This document shows, one piece after another, positions 1 through 25,980 of a stretch of 64,000 nt of DNA. Source of the DNA: Paraspadella gotoi (Eukaryota > Animalia > Chaetognatha); contig CM119264.1 of the NCBI GenBank assembly GCA_051294375.1, positions 20,178,248 through 20,242,247 on the forward strand. Reading direction: 5' to 3'. Numbering within the stretch: the first letter of the stretch is position 1; each line of letters opens with the position of its first letter. Under the pieces are notes generated by a model that saw only the letters and a program-made list of their open reading frames with translations, did no database searches and was not told where the DNA came from. Made by a program: the position numbers and the translations under genes.

Positions 1-25
1 TGCTGATAAGCAGATCCGACTAAAA
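1..25 (-). mobile_element. Terminal hairpin of a Helentron/DINE-like (HINE) non-autonomous element, cut by the window edge
   Basis: TGCTGATAAGCAGATCCGACTAAAAA is the same palindromic terminus seen near 21614, 28890, 34578 and 37513. Confidence 0.6.
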
Positions 26-554
26 ATTATGTCCATTTTTTTCCATTTTGACTTTTGTCCTGGGATTTGAACGCCAAGATAATTGGAGAAAAAATTTTTA
101 TTTCGGCTTTCAGGTCCTTTTTATGTTCCTTACCTCTGAGTCAGTTCATATTAAATTAAAAATATATTGTTTACCTTTGAATTAATTTTAAAATTGACTA
201 GTCAAAAACTCACATTTTTAGTTTTTATTACAATTTGTTAAACAAAAATAGTTTGATTTACTGAGCTTCCAACACCTAAAAAATTCGAGCAAAAAATTCA
301 GTACTTTGTCTGCAAAAAAATTTTTAAGTCAACTTTTAATTTTTGAGGTTTTGTGAGGTGCGTTTTTTTAAAACCAAAACTCGTTTTTTAGCGACTTTTA
401 TAGTTTCATCAGATGAGAAACTTATTTTAAAAAAATCGCATTCTTTTAATGTCATGGGAAGTGTCAGAACATTTTTTCCCCGCTTTTTTAAATCTACATG
501 GCAACCAAACTTCCGCTAAAATCTTGTTCTACCCTAGATTTTCTCTTACAATAC

Positions 555-880
555 CATTTAAGTTAGTAGACAGAGATTTCAATATGAAACCAAAGTGGAA
601 TTTTATTCTCAGAAAATAGACATAAAGACAGTGTCAATTTTCAGACAGTGAATCAAAGCAGAAACAGAGGCTATTTATAATGGGCAAGTAGACGAAGCCA
701 GATTCCTCTTCCGGAATCTTCCTCTTCTGGAACCTTCTTTTCCTCTTCCGGAAACTATTGTTCCTTTACTGGATTTGGCTTCCAAAATCCCATTCAAAAT
801 CATTCCAGAATCTTCTTCCTCTTCCGAAATCCTCTTCCTTAATCCTATCCTCCGTTTCCGGGTTTCATTCATCTGATGCG
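555..880 (-). repeat. 3' LTR (326 bp)
   Basis: Near-identical to 8653-8952; minus-strand TATAAATA (672-679) and AATAAA (about 602-607). Confidence 0.95.
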
Positions 881-892
881 TCCCCCCTCCTC
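881..892 (-). other. Polypurine tract
   Basis: GAGGAGGGGGGA on the minus strand, directly abutting the 3' LTR. Confidence 0.9.
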
Positions 893-1198
893 AGACGACG
901 GCGTACGTGGTCAGTCGGTAGCCGGAGTACGTTTCCGTAGCCATTGTAATTGTTGTTGTTATTGTTTCTGAGCGATTGGTTTAATCCGTTTTGTTTTAAC
1001 TCATGCTCTCTTTAACTTCCAATTTCCATGGAAATTTTTTTTATTTTTTTAAAAATTTTTTATTGTTTTAATTTTATATTTCCTTGGCTTCTTAGATTTT
1101 TTGTTCTTTTTTCATTCTTTTGTTTTAACTACTTGTTCTTAACTAATTTGGGAGTCTATTTACAAATACTTATACAAATCTCAGAGCAGGTGTTGATG

Positions 1199-2376
1199 TT
1201 AGCGTGCCTTTTCACCCACATGCAGTTTAAGCCGGCGTCGATGGTATTTCATTCCTTTACCAGCTATTGAGACGACATAATGGTTGCCGTCCCTTTCAAT
1301 GACTTGATGAGGGCCTGAATATATTCTTTTGACCTTGTTTTCTGTTGGTGCAGCGCCCGTCACAATAAAGTCTCGTCTGGTGAGTACCAAATCGCCAACC
1401 TTGATTTCCTGGGGGCGCCAGTAAGCGTTTCTCCTTGTTGATTGACGATAAAGCTTGTCCCTTTGTTCAGCCAGTTTTGCTTGTGCTTTTCCTTGCTTAT
1501 CTGCTCTTTGTCGGATAAAGTCAATGAGGTTTCTTTTTGTGTAGTCATCAGCGCTCTCAACGATCCTGAGTCTGTGTCCAAACTGGATTTCATATGGTGA
1601 CATGTTGGTTTTCCATCCGACAATAGGTGTGGCATTTAAGAGCAGCATGAGGTGTGGTAGTAGTTCTAGCCACTTGTTTGGCTGGTCTTCAACTGCCTTG
1701 CGGAGGGCTTGCCGAATTCGTCCAATATCCCTTTCGGCCCTGTTGCTGTCCTTTCGGCCCACAAGTACCTTCCTGCTCACTGTGTCAAGCAGGTTTAGGA
1801 TTGATGTCATTGCCTTGCCATTGAGCTGGGTGGCGCCATCAAAGTTTACCTGAAGGTAGGCACCATGTTGCAGGAATATCTTCTCATCAAGTGCCTTGAC
1901 TATTGTTGTTGCATCCGCACGGCGCAGCGGAATTGCCCAGGTGTAAGCAGATGCATTGTCTGATGCGATCAGTGCATAATGGTATCCTGAAGCTGGTGGA
2001 AGATGCATCACATCGATGCTGAGGGATTCCCAAGGTGAGATTGCCAAATTTGGAGCTGAGGGTGTTTCATTATTTCTTTGCCCATCAGTGGCTTTAGCAC
2101 AGTTGTCATATCTTCTGACGCACCTTGCTGCAGCTGTCGTGAGGCCAGGTGCTGAGATGTACTGGGCAGTGATAAACGCCGTTCTCGTCCTGGGTGGCCG
2201 AAGTGTTCATGCAGTCGTTTTGTCATTTCCTCAGCCCGTGCTGGTGGGACTACGAATTTGGTGGTGGGCGTGTCTGCTTTATAGCCTCTAATGACCAGGA
2301 TTCCGTTGGTAGTGATGTCGAGGTCGGGGAAGCAGTTTGACAAATACCTTTCGGTTACAGTTCTTCTCTTCTGCAT
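1199..2376 (-). pseudogene. Retrotransposon integrase (HHCC zinc finger, DDE core, GPY/F-like), frameshifted
   Basis: LHEHFGHPG; SIDVMHLP...VNFDGATQL...NRAERDIG; YSGPHQV. Frameshift near 2180. Confidence 0.9.
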
Positions 2377-2460
2377 CTTTTCTTCAAGCCTCCTTTTGGC
2401 CTCTTCACGCTTCCCTTTGCTAAGGGCATTGATTACTAGTTGGAAGGTCTCATCCTCATT

Positions 2461-3762
2461 TTACCATTTCTTCACATCTGCAGCTATTGGGACCATACTC
2501 TCGGCCTTTCCTTGAGGGTTGGCATTTTCCTCGGTCATCTCTTGCTCAGTGGCATCAATGTCAGCTTCAAAAGTGCTGTCAACCATCAGCTCGCATTCTG
2601 CATTGGGCCAGGTTGTCTCTACAACTTCTATGGCTGTGCTGGTTTGGCCCTGGTTGGGTGCCACTGCTGAGGAGGTGGTGCTTGTGCCTACATTAGTCCT
2701 GGTTCTAATTTGCCCATTGATGAGGTTGTCTGGGAGATCATTGATATTATGGGTGCCAACCACTAAGCCTTTTGGTCTGCCTCGTCTTTCAGGCTGTCTG
2801 AGGTTTGCCACCTCAATGGTTTGTAGTGGCTGGCCATGTAGTGGGCGATGTTGTGATAGGCCATTGATGAGACTTACTTGGCCAGTGATGGTCCTAAAAA
2901 TTCTCATCTCTCTGTCACAGTTCTCGCCATCATACACTCTTTCAAACTTGCAGCCGGCTTCTTGTGTGGAGTCTTCATCCATCATGACAATTTTGATACC
3001 AGTCATTTCACTAAGGAGCTCAAGCTCAGGGTGGCCGAGATTCCAGTCCTTAGCTGATATTGTCCGGATGAAAGTATCAGCGTCCTTGGTTTTAGGTTTG
3101 CCATAGAGTTTCACCATGTTGTCTTTCCTCTGGGCGAATTTTTGACGTACGAATTCAAAAAATTTTGCTCTGAAGGCCTTGGTGTCCTCCTGGAGGGTTT
3201 GTGCCATGAGTGCTAGAGTTGGGGCATGTCCGGTTACCAGATCGAGATGTTCTGGAGTGCTGAGGCCCTCTACTGGATTCTCAGCAAAGCCTGGCTCATA
3301 TTGTCCATTGACATCAAAGCCAGCAGGGAAGAAGGGCGTATCCAGTGGGGTGACTTGGCCCTGTTCGGTGAAGCGCGTGAGGAAATCAGCAGGGTTGTCC
3401 TCACTTTTGACGAGGATGACTTCCTTGGGTTGACATTCTTGGCGAATCTCTGTTATCCACCTAAGGACATTTGTAGGCAGCAGTTGCTGTTTGTCATGTT
3501 GGAGGTCCATCACCCGTTTGAAGTATTGGGAGTCAGTGACAAGGGTGACTCTTCTCCCACATGTGTATCCTTTGAATTTTCTAACCATCATGTTGAAGGC
3601 CAGAGTTTCCAGGATATTTATGTGTTTTATCCTGTATTCATCAGGGAATGACTTTGAGTGGAATGACAGTGGGTATTCAATGCCATCAGCAGTGGCAGTG
3701 ATCAGTCCACCCATTGCAGTTGTGCTAGCATCAGTACGAGCCATTTTTGATGCGAGCATCAT
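2461..3762 (-). pseudogene. RNase H followed by an OTU-like insert (pol fragment)
   Basis: RNase H motifs TDAS, ILETLA, VTDS and NPADFLTR, then about 300 extra aa before integrase. Confidence 0.85.
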
Positions 3763-5400
3763 TCAATTTCTTCCACAAGTTGATGTAGCATTTGAAGATG
3801 TTCACTGGAGAGTCTAAAGTCTTTCTTGTCCAAGAGGGTCAGTGCGTGTAATGGCTGGGCCATATAAGAGAAGCGGTGGGTAAAGCATCTGTAGTAATTG
3901 AGGGATGCAAGCATTGCTCTTAGTTCTTTTTGAGTCTTCAGGTTTTTGAGCTTGACCTCTACCGCTTCAAGCTTTTCCTTTTGTGGCATGAGCTTGTTTT
4001 TTGATATGCTGAATCCAAGGATCTTGATGTCCTCTTTGCGAAGGAGGACACTGTCCACATCCCTGCATCTTTGTAACAGGTCGCGGAGTCTTGCTGCCAT
4101 ATCTTCTGGTGACTTTGCAGAGAGGATGAGGTCATCAACATAGACCACGAAACTTTTGATGTCAGTGCCTAAGTCTTTGAAGATTTTATCAAGGATGGCC
4201 TGGAGGACATTTACACTATTGACTCCCCCCATTGGTAGCTTGTTTATCCACCAGTAGAGTGGAGCACTCAAGAACAAAAAAATTATTTGAATGATCGAAC
4301 AATTATATTTAGATGTGAGATAGTATGATTAACTAGTACAAAAATATTTTGTTCATATTATCTCGGGAACAGAATAGTAAAATATAAAATATATTTGTAG
4401 TAATATATTTATAAAATAGTAAATTTTAAAAATAATTTTTAAAAAACTTTTAATAAAAATTCAGATTCTTCATAAAAAGTTGAATCAAAAATATAAAACA
4501 TGTTATCAAAAATTCTGTCATCTTAATGTTTAAAATAAAAAAAGGTGAAAATTCCTGTCTTTTTTATTCTCTGTAGTAGAAACTTATATATGTTAAAACG
4601 TTTTAGTCATTTTTTGTGATCTAAACATTAAATATCATATAACATATTTTATAAAAGTTTCTTAGTTTTTTACAGCAAATCCAAATCAGTTCTTAAAAAT
4701 AAAAATAAAATATTTTGAAATTTGACGATTTTATAAGGATATTACTACATAAATAATTGAATTTGCTATACTGTTATGCTAAAAAAATTTTTAAAATGAT
4801 TTAAAATTCATTAATTATATGTCCATAGGCAGCAAAAAAATAATGTTCAATCACTAAATCTTTTCATCACTCCACCCTATCCACCAGTTGTGGCCAGCTC
4901 CAGCAAAGGTTGTGACGGGCTTGCATTTGTCTGCCAGGTTGACCTGGTGGAAACAGGCTAAGATGTCTACTGAACATTGCAGCTCATGGGGCTTGTATTG
5001 CTCCAAGATGGACGCGATGGTTTGGGGTTCGGTGGCATATGTGGATATTGTTGTTCACTGCTGAAAGATCGCAGATGAGCCTCCATTGCTTGGCAAACGT
5101 CTCATCGTTCATCTCATCTTGTCCTTCAGCTAGTGTCCCGGCTTCTTTATGAGAAAAGCGTTTGAATATCCTCATTCCTTGTTCTGGACACGATGCCTGC
5201 CTTCTCATACACTTCCAGGTACTTTTGAGGGCTGCTTTCTTGACTGGGCCCTGGTTTGCAAATCTAGGTTTTGGAAGGTCATCCGTGGTGTATCCTAAAT
5301 CCACTTTGTAGTTTAGGAAGCCTTCTTTGCAGTCATTAATGGTTTCCCCAAAGACATCACGGAATTCCCATACTACCTCCCATACAGAGGGGCTTTGTCC
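3759..5400 (-). pseudogene. Reverse transcriptase, frameshifted and interrupted by a MITE
   Basis: WRLICDLSAVN, SVDILACFHQV (about 4940-4975), KLPMGGVNS, YVDDLIL, LNYYRCF. Confidence 0.92.
4255..4879 (+). mobile_element. hAT-type MITE (family A)
   Basis: TIRs TAGAGTGGAG...CTCCACCCTA; 8-bp TSD TCCACCAG (4247-4254, 4880-4887). Confidence 0.92.
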
Positions 5401-5649
5401 TTGAGGCTAGGATCCACATCCTGGAAGGGCTTTAAAAAGGCTTCCTTTCCTCTTTCATCATGTTTTTGTTGCCTTTCTTGCGGCTTCTTCGACCGCTTGC
5501 AGTTCTTCCTTTGTGGGTTTGTGGTGGACTATTGTTGTGGCAGGTATGTTGTCTTTCCTGACCTTTCTTAACAGAGGTTTATCTCAGACAGATTGGCTTG
5601 GACCGGCTCGACTGCTGCATCTGTCTCCAGTCTCAGGTCGACTTTGGCG

Positions 5650-6378
5650 TCATTTGTGATTAGGGGGCATGCATGCCTGTCCCCATGGCCCTGGGGTGGC
5701 GTTGATTTCCACACCTTCTCTCAGGCGATCACCATCTACTATGTACATTTCACTTCCATCTGTAGACTCTATGATCCATCTGGTGCCAGCCAGAGTTTTC
5801 CAGTATGTTCTGTTAGCAGTAACCCTGGCTCCTCCATCACTATCGCGTTCAACATGCAAGGGTAGGCTAGTTTGTTCATCCAGGTTGCCGCGTGCCAGCC
5901 ATCTTGCAGCTTTCAGGGCCTCATGCTTGTCCCTGAAGAAATGGGTAATGGGTTTGTTTCCCATTGAGGCAATCTGTAGATCACTCCATTGTCCCGATGG
6001 CTGGACTACCCAGAGCTGGTCTGGGGGGCCGGGATTAGTAATAGCTGTCCCAATTATCACGTCCTGGTCGTTCTCATCAGCTGAGACATAAAACACAGTT
6101 TTGAGCACCCATTTCTGAAACATTATCCGAAGGTTTATCCTCTCTGTGAGGGTGATTGTTCCTGTAGCTGTAGAGAGACGCAGTGGTGACCCATAGTAAA
6201 CCTTGCCAGAAAGATCCCATTTTTCCACAAATTTTCTTGGGACCGTGTTGATTGATGCACCCGTGTCATACAGGCAGCTGGCCGGTGCTCCTGCAATTAC
6301 TGCCGGTATATAGCTATTCCTGCCAGTGTGACAGGTTTTGCCTGTATCATCTCTGGGATTTGGTCCTTTTAAATCCAT
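5650..6378 (-). pseudogene. Retropepsin aspartic protease region
   Basis: CLYDTGASIN catalytic motif and VIIGT motif. Confidence 0.88.
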
Positions 6379-6389
6379 GATGATGGTGC

Positions 6390-8568
6390 TTACCTGGTCT
6401 GGTAGACTTGGTCCACTTGGGGGGCTAGGAAGAGTTCAGGCTGGTGGCATTCCAGCTCCACCTTCCTGATGGTGGCTTGGTGGAGTGATTCCCCGGTTTG
6501 CTCGCCTGCCACAATCTGGTAGGTTGGGTTGTTGTTTTGACCAGTTGGACGTAGCTTCCTCAGACCCAGTCTTTCTCCACGCTTTATTGGGTTAGGTCTG
6601 TTCCTTGGCTTCTCTTTGACTGGGTGTTCCTTGGGTGAGGGTGGTGGGCTGGTGTCTAGTAGTCTGGGTTGGTTGGCTGGGTCTGGGTTACGTGAGGAAA
6701 TGGGCGGATCTTGTCGGGATATAGATTTTTGTTCTCGATCAGCCTGCCTTACTAGTTTTGCACAGGCTTTGGATCTGGAGATGGTGGCTTTTTTTTCTGC
6801 AGTATCCGCTTTTGTCCATCCTTGCCAGCCAAACTTATGCAGATATTTGTTGGCTAGTGCCCGTTCTTGGGCATCCAGAGGCTTAAGTAGTTTGTACATG
6901 CGCGATGCCGTGGACTTTCCTCTCAGCCTGTTTGCTGTCTCAGCAATTGTTCTTACTTTTTGCCTGTTGCTAAGGGTAAGGTCCTGTGTATTTGTTTCCA
7001 TGATTTTTATGCCCAGAGCTTGGTAAGTTTCTTTTAGCTTTTCCTGTTGCTCCTTTTGCAGTTTTTGCTTTTGATGTCTCTCTGTCATGGTTTTGTTAAC
7101 ATCAAATTTATGGGCAGAATCAGTTTCAAATTTGTAAGTAGAGTTCACAATGTCGCATTTTCTTACAAAGTTTTGGTTTTCTTTGTTTCTTTTATTACGC
7201 CATTCTGACTTTTGGACGTTTTTCCATTTTGGGCTTCTTTCCGCTTTACTTTTATATATTTGATCCGGGCTGAGACATTCTTGGGGTTTGTAGTTGCGGT
7301 CCGATTGGCTGGGGCAATTTGCCATTTCCAGCTCCTGTTTCATCTCCTTGATTTCGTTGTTCATAATTTTTATCTTTTGGAGTACCATCCCTTGGTGAAA
7401 GTCCATGGCGGTGGAGTTTGTATTTCTGTTGATAGAGCCATCTTGTTCAAAGGTGTCCTCTGAATCAGTTTTTACAACCTTCCTGATGGCATTTTCGGGT
7501 TTTTTCTTTAGATAACCCCGGAGTTTGTACTCAATGATTTTTCCCAGTTGACGGAGTTCCCCTCTTTCCAGCATCTGAGTCCATTCCAGTGTTTCTGATG
7601 TTATTCCTGGGACATAGGGTTCAAGAGCTTCAACAATCAGGGATAGAGGCTTGGTCTTTTTCCCTGACGGCCTCAAAATTCTCCCTGGCGGCATTGATAA
7701 GGGCGAGGCCATATTTTGCATGGACATGTGGTTCAACTTCTATTTTTGCTTCAGCCAGGGCCTCAGTGATGCTGACTGAGGAGTCTTCGCAAAGGGCACC
7801 GAGTCCCAGCCACATGGATTGATCAATGGGGACAATAAAACTGCTTGCAATCCTATCCCGGGCCAGGAGGGCGCGCAGTTGTTGGTCGATTTTGTCCATG
7901 GGAATTAGAGAGTCCTTGAAGGCAGCATAGAAGCTTCGTAGAAAGTCCTCTGGGGATTCGTCGGCCCTCCTTTTCTCCAGTTGGATTGGATGTTCCACTG
8001 AAGTGTAAAAAGGTGGGTTGCTTTGTCCGTTTTCTGATGGTGAATTACCCCAGGTTGAGCTGCTGCCTTTTTGCCAGGGTTGCAGCACAAAAGAGGCAAG
8101 AGGTTTGTCCTTGTCTTGGTTATTGGCCTCAGGGCGCTCAGAGCAGGATTTTGCTGGTAAGGGGCATTGAGATGGCTCCACTGATCTTGTGCCTGGGTGT
8201 TGGCTGCTGATACGAGTGATCATGGTCTGCATCATGCTGTGGAGACAGTCCATTTTTGATCCGAGACTTGCTTCACACTCCTTGACTCTTTGGCCCAGGT
8301 TAGCAAGTTTTTGCCGAGTTTGTTGGTTCACGTCATTGATGATTTTTAAAATTTGACGGGTGATTTCCGCCTGGTCATTGTCCAATTGGCAGTGATCCTG
8401 TAGAGCACCATCCAGCTTGAATGAGTGGAACTCCAATTTGTCTTTGATACTGCTACTGTCTTCTATGCTCGCGGCGTCCTTGGCTGGTGCCGCAGCCCCT
8501 TTTTTCCATTGGAAAATACTCCATCCCGGTCTGGGTGAAGGGATGTTGGGGGCAGAGTTGTTGTCCAT
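6390..8568 (-). pseudogene. gag-like region split into two overlapping ORFs (7630-8568 and 6390-7736)
   Basis: Lies between PBS and protease; coiled coil then ESPEDFLRSF helical segment; no CCHC knuckle visible. Confidence 0.65.
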
Positions 8569-8634
8569 TTTCTTTAGGGCTGGCGTGGTCGAGGTAAAGT
8601 AAGGATTGATTCTTCTTGGAGACGTGGTGAGTCG

Positions 8635-8652
8635 AATCCACTCCTGTCACCA
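8635..8652 (-). other. Primer-binding site complementary to a tRNA-Leu 3' end
   Basis: TGGTGACAGGAGTGGATT directly after the 5' LTR; plus strand reads ...GAATCCACTCCTGTCACCA. Confidence 0.85.
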
Positions 8653-8952
8653 CATTTAAGTTAGTAGACAGAGATTTCAATATGAAACCAAAGTGGAATT
8701 TTATTCTCAGAAAATAGACAAAGACAGTGTCAATTTTCAAACAGTGAATCAAAGTAGACGAAGCCAGATTCCTCTTCCGGAATCCTCCTCTTCCTCTTCT
8801 GGAACCTTCTTTTCCTCTTCCGGAAACTATTGTTCCTTTACTGGATTTGGCTTCCAAAATCCCATTCAAAATCATTCCAGAATCTTCTTCCTCTTCCGAA
8901 ATCCTCTTCCTTAATCCTATCCTCTGTTTCCGGGATTCATTCATCTGATGCG
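8653..8952 (-). repeat. 5' LTR (300 bp)
   Basis: Matches 555-880 apart from 30-bp and 2-bp deletions, a 6-bp duplication and about 3-4 substitutions. Confidence 0.95.
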
Positions 8953-9212
8953 ATACATTTGAAATATTTTTATTCATTCAGTATGATTTAAATTCAAAAA
9001 ATGAATGAGAAAGAGAGCACCCATGTAACTGGCGTGTTTATGCCGACTCCATCAAACTTTAACCAGCATGACCGTGAGGGGACTGAAACCGGTTGGTGAA
9101 CGAGTACTTAGCTTTCCAAGCCACTAAGCTAAACGGGAGGTGTATTTAGGATACGCCACAGAGCGACAATTATGAATGCCATTGTGTAATTTTATATAAA
9201 GTTTGGAACAAG

Positions 9213-24870
<15,658 letters not shown>

Positions 24871-25380
24871 CCCGTCTAAAAATTTCCGAGTTCTTTAATG
24901 TTTTTTTTTTAATTCTTGATTAAAATTTGTTAAAGTTTGTTTAAAGTCTGTTTATTTAATCATTTGACAAAATGTAGTTCGAATTCGCGATGGCCGGATG
25001 TTGTGACGACATAAATGATTTCTTACACTTTTTGGTCCGATTCTATGACGAGATAGGGTGCTGTGACTAGGGCGGCGGATGCTGCGACGAAAAAGAAGGA
25101 TGCTGTGACGCCGCCGATGATTCGGAAAGATTTTGAAGCCTCGAAACACTAAGACGCCGTCGGAAAAAATTAATTCTTACTTTCGATTTTCAAAAGTAAT
25201 TTTTTTATCCTCTCTCGCTCCCTCTTTCCGTCTCTCTCTCTCTCTCTCCCGTTGCATCGAGAATTTGGTCTAACGTCGTTTTAATTTAATTTCGTTTCGT
25301 CGGTTAGCGAAAGGGGGAACCAGAATAAAAAAAGCCTGGAGGCCCCCAAATGCACATCTATTTTTATTCGATTTGGGGTA

Positions 25381-25438
<58 letters not shown>

Positions 25439-25980
25439 TTGACAGTTTTTAGTAATTAAGGCTAATCGCTTAATATCACTTTTGATTGCATTCGTAAATT
25501 ATTGATATAAATAATTTCATTCTGGAAATAATATAATAAAACCCCATTACACAACCGATTTTGTTTTACCTAGTAAAAAACTTATCAAACCCATAATTAT
25601 AAATATTAAATAAGCGTATATAAGTATTAAGAAAGCACTAAGCAGCCAAAAAGATCGATTGATTGAAAAGTAAAGATGTTTTGATACGAAACAACCATCT
25701 AAAATGAACAAAAACATTCATAACAATTAACAAGAATCATGTATTTTAAAGAGTTGTCTTTTGCATCGATTTATTTTTATTATTTCAGCATTATTCCGCT
25801 AAATAGGTCTCAGTGGGTCGGGAAAAAATTTCAGAAAACTTAAAATTGTATTCACTTCTAATGGAAAATATATTTTTTAGACCACAACGTAATTTTTTTT
25901 GGGAAAATTAGTTAAATATCCGTTACAATTAAAAATTCTATGCTTAATTGAAAAAAAAAAGGCAAACAATGCTGTATGGT

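Larger units (their letters stand above)
555..8952 (-). mobile_element. Full-length but decayed Ty3/Gypsy-type LTR retrotransposon
   Basis: Direct repeats at 555-880 and 8653-8952; 4-bp TSD ATAC (551-554, 8953-8956); PBS and PPT next to the LTRs; domain order gag-PR-RT-RH-IN; several frameshifts/stops and a MITE inserted in RT. Confidence 0.95.

Noticed and set aside
675-872. Basic ORFs in the LTRs (also 8453-8977)
   Set aside because: By-products of purine-rich LTR sequence; no recognisable domain.
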